This document shows, piece after piece, positions 8,415-16,889 of a stretch of DNA of 24,000 bases (position 1 is its first letter; each line of letters opens with the position of its first letter). Position numbers and translations under genes: made by a program. Under the pieces are notes generated by a model. That model saw nothing but the letters and a program-made list of their open reading frames with translations, had not been told where the DNA came from and did not search any database. The DNA is from Gammaproteobacteria bacterium UBA7310 (GTDB lineage Bacteria > Pseudomonadota > Gammaproteobacteria > Pseudomonadales > Ketobacteraceae), in the NCBI GenBank assembly GCA_002471665.1, contig DKQK01000005.1:61918-85917 (forward strand), in the 5' to 3' direction.

Positions 8415-9113
8415 ATGAGTCTTTCCAAATCCGTTCTGGCCCAGGGCAAGCGCCTGCTGATGGAAGCGGCCCTCAAGTTGAACGCCAGCACCCGCAGCCT
8501 GAATGCCCTGAGCCTGCGGGAACTGGCCCGTGAAGCCGGCCTGAACCCCAACACGTTCTACCGGCATTTCAAGGATTTCGATGAACTGGGCATGGCCATC
8601 ATTGAAGAAATGACCAAGCAAATCCGCCAACCACTGCGGGATCTGCGGCGGCGCGCGGCGGAGTCGGTGGCACCGGCAGGCACCCAGTTGGAATCCTGGG
8701 AAGACAACCCCCGTCTCAACCTGGCGAAAGCAACCCAGGTAAACCAGGCCACGGTGAAACTGTTCTTCGACTATGTGGCCGCCAACCCCAACGCCTTTAT
8801 TCTGGGTATCCGCGAGCTGCACGGGGCCTCCCCCGTACTGCGCAAGGCCCTGCGTCAGGTAATGGAAGATTTTGCCCAGGATATGGCGGATGATATTGAA
8901 GAGTTGCGGCTGATGCCGGCGCTGGAGCGCAGTCACCTGTATGACATCTCGGAAACCATCAGCCGGGAGATGTTTCAGTTGTCCATGGACTACATTGAAC
9001 AACCTGAACGCCGTGAACAGATTTGCCTGAAAGCAGAGAAAATGATTACCGCCCTGATCATGGGCAGCGCCGTACTGCATGGCCACGGCCCCACTCTGAT
9101 GCAAGCGTTGTAG
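8415..9113 (+). CDS. TetR-family transcriptional regulator, FabR-like
   Basis: The HTH region LSLRELAREAGLNPNTFYRHFKDFDELGMAIIEE closely parallels E. coli FabR ([29 protein letters not shown]) as recalled. NPNAFILGIRELHGAS resembles FabR NPNAFRLLLRERSGTS. The start is uncertain: ATG 8415 versus TTG 8394, neither with a clear SD. Confidence 0.8.
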   Translation: MSLSKSVLAQGKRLLMEAALKLNASTRSLNALSLRELAREAGLNPNTFYRHFKDFDELGMAIIEEMTKQIRQPLRDLRRRAAESVAPAGTQLESWEDNPRLNLAKATQVNQATVKLFFDYVAANPNAFILGIRELHGASPVLRKALRQVMEDFAQDMADDIEELRLMPALERSHLYDISETISREMFQLSMDYIEQPERREQICLKAEKMITALIMGSAVLHGHGPTLMQAL

Positions 9114-9154
9114 CCGGCATCAGTAAAACCAAGGCACCGCACAAAGGAAGCGCT

Positions 9155-10312
9155 ATGTCAGCCACCATTATCTTACCCAGAATTCTGCAAGTGGGGAAAA
9201 ACGCCACCGAAGCCGTGGCCACCATTGTCAGGCAGCTGGGCTGCGAGCGCCCGCTGTTGATCACCGACAACATGATGGTGGAACTGGGTTACATCACCCG
9301 CCTGCAAGCGCTACTGGCAGAAGCCGGTATCGCCAGTGACGTGTTTGCCGATACGGTACCGGAACCCACGGTTGCCTCCATTGAGGCCGGGGTTCGCGTG
9401 ACCAACGCCGGCCGCTACGACTGCCTTATCGCCCTCGGTGGCGGCAGCCCCATAGACAGCGCCAAGGCCATTGCCATACTGGCGCGCCACGGCGGCGCCA
9501 TGGCCGATTACAAGTTTCCCCGCAACGTGGCCGAAAGCGGGTTACCGGTGATCGCCATTCCCACCACCGCCGGCACCGGCTCGGAAATGACCCGTTTCAC
9601 CATCATCACCGATGACCAGGCAGATGAAAAAATGTTGTGTGCGGGCATGGGCTTTCTCCCGGTGGCAGCACTGGTGGATTACACCCTGTCCATGAGCGCG
9701 CCACCAAGAATCACGGCCGACACCGGCATCGATGCCCTGACCCACGCCATTGAAGCCTATGTCAGCCGCAAGGCAAATACCTACAGTGACAGCCAGGCAC
9801 TGGCGGCCATGGGCCTGCTGGCCCCCAATCTGCGCCGGGTCTTTCACGATGGCGGGGACGAATCCGCCCGCGAGGCCATGATGATGGGAGCGACCCTGGC
9901 GGGTGTTGCCTTCTCCGCCGCCTCCGTAGCCCTGGTGCACGGTATGAGCCGCCCTATTGGTGCTCACTTTCATGTTCCCCATGGGCTCTCCAATGCCATG
10001 CTGCTGCCCAGCGTTACCGAGTTCTCCATTGACTGCGCCGCCCGGCGCTACGCTGACTGCGCAGTGGCCATGGGCATTGCCGCCGCCGGTGATAATGTAC
10101 TGATCGCCAACAAGAAGCTGCTACAGGAACTGAAGGCCCTGAACCAGGATTTGCAGGTGCCCACCCCCCAAGAGTATGGCATTGATAAAACAGAGTTTTT
10201 TAACAAAGTTCCGGTGATGGCCGAGCAGGCGATGGCTTCCGGATCACCGGCTAACAACCCCCGCGTTCCCAGCCTTGAAGAGATGGCATCCCTCTACCGC
10301 GCACTCTGGTAA
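9155..10312 (+). CDS. Iron-containing (group III) alcohol dehydrogenase
   Basis: 385 aa from ATG 9155, with SD AAAGGAAG just upstream. Motifs GGGSPIDSAKAIA, DALTHAIEAY and HGMSRPIGAHFHVPHG. The ORF-track extension back to 9023 overlaps the TetR gene and is not supported. Confidence 0.85.
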   Translation: MSATIILPRILQVGKNATEAVATIVRQLGCERPLLITDNMMVELGYITRLQALLAEAGIASDVFADTVPEPTVASIEAGVRVTNAGRYDCLIALGGGSPIDSAKAIAILARHGGAMADYKFPRNVAESGLPVIAIPTTAGTGSEMTRFTIITDDQADEKMLCAGMGFLPVAALVDYTLSMSAPPRITADTGIDALTHAIEAYVSRKANTYSDSQALAAMGLLAPNLRRVFHDGGDESAREAMMMGATLAGVAFSAASVALVHGMSRPIGAHFHVPHGLSNAMLLPSVTEFSIDCAARRYADCAVAMGIAAAGDNVLIANKKLLQELKALNQDLQVPTPQEYGIDKTEFFNKVPVMAEQAMASGSPANNPRVPSLEEMASLYRALW

Positions 10313-10339
10313 CAGAAAATTCACTTTACTTCGGGGGCC

Positions 10340-10382
10340 GGTATGAATACTATTCGAACATCATTCGAATAGTATTCATACC
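10340..10382. promoter_or_regulatory. Perfect 43-bp palindrome (19-bp arms, 5-nt centre), candidate operator / RNA hairpin in front of the efflux TetR gene
   Basis: GGTATGAATACTATTCGAA-CATCA-TTCGAATAGTATTCATACC, verified base by base. It ends 2 nt before ATG 10385 and starts 27 nt after the ADH stop codon. Confidence 0.6.
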
Positions 10383-10384
10383 CT

Positions 10385-11110
10385 ATGCCAGCCCCGAAAT
10401 TCTCCTGCCAGGAGCAGGAAAACCGCATACTGCAAGCCGCCGCCGCCTGCATTGAAGCCAGCTCCCTGCTGGATTTCACCATGTCGGGCATTTCCAAGGC
10501 TGCGGGGCTGTCCATGGGCTCCATCTACAAACACATCCAAAGCAAGGAAGATGTGCTGGTGGCACTGGGTTACCACTACCAGGTGCATTTCATGGCCGTG
10601 GTGAAACAGATCTTCGCCCTGCCTTTGCCGGCGGTGGCCCGTATCCCGGCAGTGCAACTGATGGACCACAGCCTGGTTTCCCCATTCGGTTTCGCCCCCC
10701 AGCTGGAGACCCTGCTGGGCAACGAAGCCATCCTGAAGCGGGCCTCGGCGGGCTGGCTGGAAAAGTTCATCACCATTGATATCGCCGTGGAAGACCTGTT
10801 CCGGGAGGAAGTCCTGCGCGCCTGTCGGGACGGAGAACTGCAGGTGGATCAAGCACAGCAGGAGGCCATCGCCCATGAGCTGGTCACCAGCATGTGGTCC
10901 ATCTGCGTTGGCCACACCCAGGTGCAGATGCAACGCAATGCCCGTCACCTGCTGGATCAGGAGGTACAACCCTCCGGCCGGCTGGAAAGCGATTCTGTCA
11001 TTGTGCGCAGCATGACACGCATGATGAACACCTACCCATGGACAACACCATTGACGGAAACATTGCTGGCCTCCACCTGCCGGCTGCTTGAGGAACACGG
11101 CCTGCGTTAG
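10385..11110 (+). CDS. TetR-family transcriptional regulator (efflux operon)
   Basis: 241 aa. The HTH is FTMSGISKAAGLSMGSIYKHIQSKEDVL. It lies 31 bp upstream of the MFP gene on the same strand. Confidence 0.85.
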   Translation: MPAPKFSCQEQENRILQAAAACIEASSLLDFTMSGISKAAGLSMGSIYKHIQSKEDVLVALGYHYQVHFMAVVKQIFALPLPAVARIPAVQLMDHSLVSPFGFAPQLETLLGNEAILKRASAGWLEKFITIDIAVEDLFREEVLRACRDGELQVDQAQQEAIAHELVTSMWSICVGHTQVQMQRNARHLLDQEVQPSGRLESDSVIVRSMTRMMNTYPWTTPLTETLLASTCRLLEEHGLR

Positions 11111-11141
11111 GCAGGTGCACCATAACACAGGGACCAACACC

Positions 11142-12317
11142 ATGAGTTTACGAAAATGGGGCATTACCGCTTTAAGCTGCGTACTGATCTTTGCCGCACT
11201 GGCCGCGTTTAAAGTCCTGGAAATCCGGGCCGCCATCGCCTTTGGGGAATCTTTTCCTGAACACTCGGAATCGGTTGAGCTGGCTGTGGTGGCCACCACC
11301 CAATACACCCCCGCCATTCGTGTCATCGGCGAAATGGTGGCACCACAACGGCTGGATCTGCGCAATGAGCTGGCGGGCGAAATTACCCGGGTCGGTTTCG
11401 AATCCGGCGCCAGCGTACGCCAGGGTCAGGTGCTCCTGCAACTGGACACGGCGGTAGAAGAAGCCAACCTGCAGGCGGCCCAGGCCCGGCTGGAGCTGGC
11501 GCAATCGGTGTACGAACGCTCCCAGGGCCTGTTTCAATCCAAAGCCACCAGCAAGGATCAACTGGATCGCGCCAAAGCGGACCTGAGCACCGCCCGCGCT
11601 GAACGGGAAGCTTTAAAGCGCACCATCGAAAAGAAAACCCTGCGTGCGCCCTTTGCTGGCAAAGCGGGCCTGCACACCTTTGAAGTGGGCCAGTTTCTGA
11701 TGGACAACACCTTCATCACCACGCTCATCAGCCAGCAGGATTTTATCTGGGTGGACTTCAAGGTACCGCAATTCTATCGCCCCCTGGCGGACAACACCGA
11801 AGTCACCGTGACCACCATCGGTGAGGCCAACAACCAACATCAGGGGCAGGCGGTGGTGGTGGCGGAAAACACCATCATCGAAAGCGCCAACCGCAGCCGT
11901 CAGTATCGCGCCAGATTGCCCAACCCCCGCGGCCAGTTCAGCGCCAATACCATGGTCAATGTGCAAGTACCGGTGGCCGACACCGAATCCGTACTGCAGG
12001 TACCGGCACTGGCCATTCAGCAGGACCCCCTTGGGCAGTTCGTCTATGTGCTGCTGGAAGACGACGCCAACCAGGGCTACCGGGCGAGCCGGCGCCAGGT
12101 CAAAATCAAACACCTGGGCGCCAAACAGGCACTCATTGAAAGCGGCCTGCAGGCCGGAGACAAAGTGGCCGCCGCCGGAGCGTTTAAACTGCACGAAGGT
12201 TTGTTGGTGTTTGCCCGCGAGCGGCCCGGCCAGAAACCATCTGCGCCGATGTCCGAGGCACTGCCGGAGGTAGCCACCGACACCGCATCACGGCGGCAGG
12301 ACGAGGGAAATCTGTAA
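11142..12317 (+). CDS. RND efflux periplasmic adaptor (membrane fusion protein)
   Basis: N-terminal membrane anchor MSLRKWGITALSCVLIFAALAAF. Coiled-coil hairpin LQLDTAVEEANLQAAQARLELAQSVYERSQGLFQSKATSKDQLDRAKADL and the motif LRAPFAGKAG. I chose ATG 11142 (AGGGA upstream) rather than 11088, which overlaps the TetR gene. Confidence 0.85.
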   Translation: MSLRKWGITALSCVLIFAALAAFKVLEIRAAIAFGESFPEHSESVELAVVATTQYTPAIRVIGEMVAPQRLDLRNELAGEITRVGFESGASVRQGQVLLQLDTAVEEANLQAAQARLELAQSVYERSQGLFQSKATSKDQLDRAKADLSTARAEREALKRTIEKKTLRAPFAGKAGLHTFEVGQFLMDNTFITTLISQQDFIWVDFKVPQFYRPLADNTEVTVTTIGEANNQHQGQAVVVAENTIIESANRSRQYRARLPNPRGQFSANTMVNVQVPVADTESVLQVPALAIQQDPLGQFVYVLLEDDANQGYRASRRQVKIKHLGAKQALIESGLQAGDKVAAAGAFKLHEGLLVFARERPGQKPSAPMSEALPEVATDTASRRQDEGNL

Positions 12318-15300
12318 TGGATATTTTCGTACAACGTCCGCTGCTGGCGATCGTCATCTCGGTGGTGCTCCTGTTGGCGGGGTTGGCCGCCGCCAGCAAG
12401 ATTCCGGTGCTGCAGTTTCCCCAGATTGAAAGCGCGTCCCTGGTGATCACCACCACCTATCCGGGCTCATCCGCCGAGGTGGTACAGGGCTTTATCACCG
12501 ACCCCATCGAGCAGGCCGCCATGACCATCCCCGGTGTGGATTATGTGGACAGCACCACTACTGCCGGCCTGAGCACCGTCACCGCCTGGCTGGAACTGAA
12601 CGAAGACAGCACCCGTGCCCTGGCGGAACTTTCCACCCGCCTGGCACAATTGCGTTACGAATTGCCCGAGGGTGCCGAAGACCCCGCCGTGGAGGTGGTG
12701 CGCGCCGACCGCCCGGCGGCACTTTTTTATCTGGATGTGCACGGCGAGGCCTGGACCCGCTCCGAACTAACCGATTACCTGGAGCGGCAGGTTAACCCGT
12801 TGTTCGCAGCCATCAACGGTGTCCAGCGGGTGGGCCTGGAAGGTGGCCGCTCCCCGGCCATGCGCGTGTGGATAGACCCGGATCGACTGGCCGCCCTGAA
12901 CCTGGGTGCCGATGACGTTATGAACGCCATCCGCGCCAACAACGTCATTGCCACCATAGGTAAAACCGAAAACGCGGCCCAGCAGTTCAACCTGCTGAGT
13001 AACGCCACCCTGCAAACGGTCTCCGACTTTGAGCAACTGATCATCTCCAACGTCAACAACGGCGTGATCCGGCTGGGGGATATTGCCCGGGTGGAAAAAG
13101 GCGAAACCCGCGGCACCATCAAGGCCCGCTACAATCAGGACACCACCGTCTACATTTCCATCTGGCCCCTGCCCGGCGCCAACGAAATAGCCATCGGCGA
13201 CCAAGTGTACGAGCGCCTGGCCAGCATTAATCAATCCCTGCCCAGAGGGTTGTCCATCAACACCGGCTACGACGGCACCATCTACATGCGGCAATCCCTC
13301 AAAGAAATCTTCACCACCCTGTTTGAAACCATATTGCTGGTGGGTCTGGTGGTGCTGTTGCTGATGGGATCGTTCCGCACGGCGCTGGTGCCCCTGGTGA
13401 CCATTCCCATCTCCATTCTGGGCAGTATTGCCATCATCTATGCCATGGGCTTCGCCCTGAACCTGCTGACGATCCTGGCAGTGGTGCTCTCGGTGGGTCT
13501 GGTGGTGGATGACGCCATTGTGGTGGTGGAAAATGTAGCGCGCCATCTGCGCGAAGGCCGCACCCGGGTGGAAGCGGCCCTGGTCAGCTCCCGCGAATTA
13601 CTGTCCCCCATCATCGCCATGACCTTCACTCTGGCCGCCGTCTACACCCCCATCGGTTTTGTGTCCGGTTTCACCGGCAGCCTGTTCAAGGAATTTGCCT
13701 TTACCCTGGCCATCGCCGTCATTATTTCCGGGGTGGTGGCGATCACGCTCTCCCCCATTATGAGCGCCTGGGTCTGTGCGTACAACGGCCGCGAAAGCGC
13801 CATGACGCGACGGGTCAACGCAGGCTTTGAACGGCTGCGACAACGCTATCAGGCGCTGCTGATGAAGAGCTTTGGCTGGCGCAATCAGATCCTGTTTTCT
13901 GCGTTGTTTGTTTCTCTGCTGGTGGTACCGTTCTATCTGTTTTCCGGTAAGGAACTGGCACCCATCGAAGATCAGAACAGCATTAATATCATCATCGAAT
14001 CACCGCCCCAGGCTTCCCTGGCCTATACCGACGATTACATGAATGATGTCATTGACCTGATACAAAACAACGTGCCGGGGCTGGATATGGTGTGGCAAAT
14101 CATCTCGCCCAATGGTGGCTTCGGCGGCATCGAGCTGGTGGACTTCGATCAGCGCGAACAGTCGGTACAGGAGCTGCTGCCGTCCGTATATGGGATGCTC
14201 TCCGCGATCACCGGGGTCAAGGTGTTTCCGATTCTGTTCCCCAGCCTGCCCACGGCCGGCCAGTTTGATGTGGAGATGGTGGTACAGTCTCCGGATGATT
14301 ACCCGCAAATGGAAACCTACGCCCGCCAGCTGATCGCCGCCGCCTATGAAAGCGGGCAGTTCATGTTTGTGGATACCGACCTGACGGTAAACCTGCCCCA
14401 AAGCCGGCTGCGCTTCGCCCACGATCGCATCGCGGACCTGGGCATGGACATCGATGATGTGAGCCGGCAACTGGCTTCGCTTCTGGCCGAGATGGACGCC
14501 AACCGGTTTAATGCCCAGGGCAAAGCCTATCGTGTTATTCCCATGGTGGAGCAGCTTGCCCGCGATACACCCGACACGGTTCTGGATCTGTTCATCCGCA
14601 CACCTGAGAGCGAATTGGTACCATTACGCTCACTGGTGGAAATGGAATCCGTCACCGGTCCCCGGGCCCTGGGCACCTTCAATCAACAACGGGCGTTCCG
14701 CATCTACGGTGGCCTGCTGCCGGGCACCACCAATGGTCAGGCACTGAGCACGCTGGAACAGGCCGCCGCCGACATTCTGCCCACCAACTACACGGTGGAT
14801 TACGCCGGTATTTCCCGCCAGCTGCGTAAAGAAGGTAACAGCATGCTGTCGGTTTTGGTGGTGGCCATACTGGTGGTCTATCTGGCACTGGCGATTCAGT
14901 TCAATAATTTTCGGCTGCCCTTGGTGGTACTCATGGGATCAGTCCCCCTGGCGCTCTCCGGTGCCATGCTGTTCAGCTTTCTGAGTTTTACCACCGTCAA
15001 CATCTATGCGCAGATCGGTTTCATTACCCTGGTAGGCTTGATTGCCAAGAACGGTATCCTGATCACGGAATTTGCTCACGAACAACAACGGCAGGGAGCC
15101 ACAAAATCAGCCGCCATCAGCGCTGCGGCCGCATTGCGCTTACGTCCGGTGCTGATGACCACCGCCGCCACCGTACTGGGACATTTTCCACTGGTGCTGG
15201 TCACCGGGGCCGGCGCCGAGGCACGCAACAGTATCGGCATCATTCTGGTGGCGGGTATGGCCATCGGCACCCTGTTCACCTTATTCATTTTGCCTTCGGT

Positions 15301-15412
15301 GTATTTATGGCTGGCACGGGAAACCGATCAGGAATTTACCCCGGCAAACAGCTCTGCAATGGATGGCACCAACCAGGCTCCGGCGGGTAATCCGGCTTCA
15401 TCACCGGCCTGA
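12317..15412 (+). CDS. RND efflux permease (AcrB/MexB-type inner-membrane transporter)
   Basis: 1031 aa with the 12-TM RND layout and conserved segments such as VLSVGLVVDDAIVVVENV and GLIAKNGILITEFA. The start overlaps the MFP stop codon (TAATG). Confidence 0.9.
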   Translation: MDIFVQRPLLAIVISVVLLLAGLAAASKIPVLQFPQIESASLVITTTYPGSSAEVVQGFITDPIEQAAMTIPGVDYVDSTTTAGLSTVTAWLELNEDSTRALAELSTRLAQLRYELPEGAEDPAVEVVRADRPAALFYLDVHGEAWTRSELTDYLERQVNPLFAAINGVQRVGLEGGRSPAMRVWIDPDRLAALNLGADDVMNAIRANNVIATIGKTENAAQQFNLLSNATLQTVSDFEQLIISNVNNGVIRLGDIARVEKGETRGTIKARYNQDTTVYISIWPLPGANEIAIGDQVYERLASINQSLPRGLSINTGYDGTIYMRQSLKEIFTTLFETILLVGLVVLLLMGSFRTALVPLVTIPISILGSIAIIYAMGFALNLLTILAVVLSVGLVVDDAIVVVENVARHLREGRTRVEAALVSSRELLSPIIAMTFTLAAVYTPIGFVSGFTGSLFKEFAFTLAIAVIISGVVAITLSPIMSAWVCAYNGRESAMTRRVNAGFERLRQRYQALLMKSFGWRNQILFSALFVSLLVVPFYLFSGKELAPIEDQNSINIIIESPPQASLAYTDDYMNDVIDLIQNNVPGLDMVWQIISPNGGFGGIELVDFDQREQSVQELLPSVYGMLSAITGVKVFPILFPSLPTAGQFDVEMVVQSPDDYPQMETYARQLIAAAYESGQFMFVDTDLTVNLPQSRLRFAHDRIADLGMDIDDVSRQLASLLAEMDANRFNAQGKAYRVIPMVEQLARDTPDTVLDLFIRTPESELVPLRSLVEMESVTGPRALGTFNQQRAFRIYGGLLPGTTNGQALSTLEQAAADILPTNYTVDYAGISRQLRKEGNSMLSVLVVAILVVYLALAIQFNNFRLPLVVLMGSVPLALSGAMLFSFLSFTTVNIYAQIGFITLVGLIAKNGILITEFAHEQQRQGATKSAAISAAAALRLRPVLMTTAATVLGHFPLVLVTGAGAEARNSIGIILVAGMAIGTLFTLFILPSVYLWLARETDQEFTPANSSAMDGTNQAPAGNPASSPA

Positions 15413-16089
15413 TATTTGCCGGTCTGCACCAGACAACCCTGCAGACCGGCATCGACAGCACCAATCACATCACTGACCAGATCATCCCCCACCATCAGGC
15501 AGGCGCTGGCAGGCACTCCGGTGGACGCCACCACCTGCTGGAAAAAGGCAGCACTGGGCTTACCCATGATGACCGCCTCCACGTCCGCGGCCCATTCCAC
15601 CAAACGGATAAATCCTCCGGCATCCAGCTTCAGACCTTCGTCATCCTTGAAATACTTATTCATACCGATACCAATCAACGGTGCCCCGCTTTTACACAAC
15701 CGAAACGCCGCATTGAGATTGTCGTAATTCAGATCCTGCCGCGCATCACCCAGCAGCACGCAGTTCGGCCTGGTTTGCTGCAGGTCGTCGAATTCCTTTT
15801 TCAGATTGTCGTGCAACAGGCAGAACGGCCGCAATCCCTGTTGCTGCAGATAGGCTTTCGCCGCCATCGGCGCGGTAAACAATTCATCAGCAGCCACATC
15901 GATGCCCATCGCTTTCAGATCGGTGAGCAGGGCGGAAGATGAACGAGTGGCTGTATTGGTGACAAACCGCAGTATCAGATTTTGTGCCCGGGCCTGCCCA
16001 ATGGTGTCGGTTGCACCGGCAATCAATTGACTGCCGTCATAAATCACGCCGCTGAGATCGAGTAATAATGCTTTTCGGTCTGAAGCCAT
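15328..16089 (-). CDS. HAD-superfamily subfamily IIA hydrolase, LHPP-like (TIGR01458-type)
   Basis: 253 aa from ATG 16089, with SD GGAGG upstream. Motif I LLLDLSGVIYDG (DxS instead of DxD, as in LHPP DISGVLY), FVTNT, and C-terminal MVGDDLVSDV. The last 85 bp overlap the RND gene on the opposite strand. Confidence 0.7.
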   Translation of the reverse strand: MASDRKALLLDLSGVIYDGSQLIAGATDTIGQARAQNLILRFVTNTATRSSSALLTDLKAMGIDVAADELFTAPMAAKAYLQQQGLRPFCLLHDNLKKEFDDLQQTRPNCVLLGDARQDLNYDNLNAAFRLCKSGAPLIGIGMNKYFKDDEGLKLDAGGFIRLVEWAADVEAVIMGKPSAAFFQQVVASTGVPASACLMVGDDLVSDVIGAVDAGLQGCLVQTGKYQAGDEAGLPAGAWLVPSIAELFAGVNS

Positions 16090-16160
16090 GTTCACCCCTC
16101 CTGCAGTGCATCCATGCCCCATAGCTTAACACGGCCCCGCCACGGCTCATCAAAGCAAGC

Positions 16161-16889
16161 TCAGAAATGCCATTTCACCAACAAGCAGGGATTGCGCTCA
16201 TTAACGCCATCGATGCCAAATTTGTTGTTCCAATACGCATATTCCATACCAACATAAAAAGGGGCTGTGGCCCCAATCAAAGGGCCCAGATCCCATTTGA
16301 CCTGAGAGGTGAAATTCATTTCCCGGGCATTGCTATCAGAGGCGGTGGAGTAATCCAGAAAACCATCAAAGAGGAAATTGGCACCAGCCAAGGTAAAAGG
16401 CAGGCCCCAGGTAAGGGTCATCTGTTCGTCGTCATCCCACAAATCGTTATCGACCTGATACAGGTTAATATTAAAGTACCTGAAACCCGGCACAGCCAAC
16501 GCCATCCCCAGCCCGTACAAATAATTATTGAACCCATCACCACTTTCCCAGGTGGATGCAATCAGCAGGTCCTTGATTATGCCCACACTCATCTGCTTAT
16601 TGGTTACGTAAGTCAGGCTCAGTCGCGGCGCCAGTTCAAAATAGTTTTTGACGGTGCCGTCGTCGGAACTGAGATTATCCAGGAAAAAGAAATTATCACC
16701 CCAGGTATGCTTGCTTGCATGTTCAACCGTCAATACCCGCCTGGAATCATCACCCACTTGATAATGATCCCCCCGCAAATAGCTCAAACTGAACGTACTC
16801 CAAACCATTTCCGCCTGCGCCCCGGTGGATGTAAAACCGGACACCAGCAGCAGCCCTGCCCCCATGATCATGAACGCACACCTGCCCAT
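16161..16889 (-). CDS. Tsx/OmpK-family outer-membrane nucleoside-type channel
   Basis: Signal peptide MGRCAFMIMGAGLLLVSGFTSTGAQA. Alternating beta-strand pattern with NYFELAPRLSL and YLYGLG segments like OmpK/Tsx, and a C-terminal LLVKWHF. I chose the start at ATG 16889 with GGAAG upstream. Confidence 0.6.
   Translation of the reverse strand: MGRCAFMIMGAGLLLVSGFTSTGAQAEMVWSTFSLSYLRGDHYQVGDDSRRVLTVEHASKHTWGDNFFFLDNLSSDDGTVKNYFELAPRLSLTYVTNKQMSVGIIKDLLIASTWESGDGFNNYLYGLGMALAVPGFRYFNINLYQVDNDLWDDDEQMTLTWGLPFTLAGANFLFDGFLDYSTASDSNAREMNFTSQVKWDLGPLIGATAPFYVGMEYAYWNNKFGIDGVNERNPCLLVKWHF

Noticed and set aside
9023-9154. N-terminal extensions suggested by the ORF track: ADH from 9023, guaD from 16825, MFP from 11088, the tsx-like gene to 16949, the OMP to 22639, the ligase to 5786 and the BVMO to 8231.
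   Set aside because: The extensions overlap neighbouring genes or lack an SD. In each case an internal ATG with a good SD gives a protein that begins where the family normally begins (a signal peptide, or a conserved N-terminus).
10340-10382. Interpreting the 43-bp palindrome as the intrinsic terminator of the ADH gene.
   Set aside because: No U-tract follows the stem (CTATGCCAGCC), and the stem is AT-rich. An operator or translational role fits its position at the TetR start codon better. A pausing or processing role is not excluded.
10376-11365. A 329-aa minus-strand ORF spanning the efflux TetR gene and the start of the MFP gene.
   Set aside because: It crosses an intergenic junction of two well-supported plus-strand genes, has no SD and no family resemblance, and its composition is typical of an antisense artefact.
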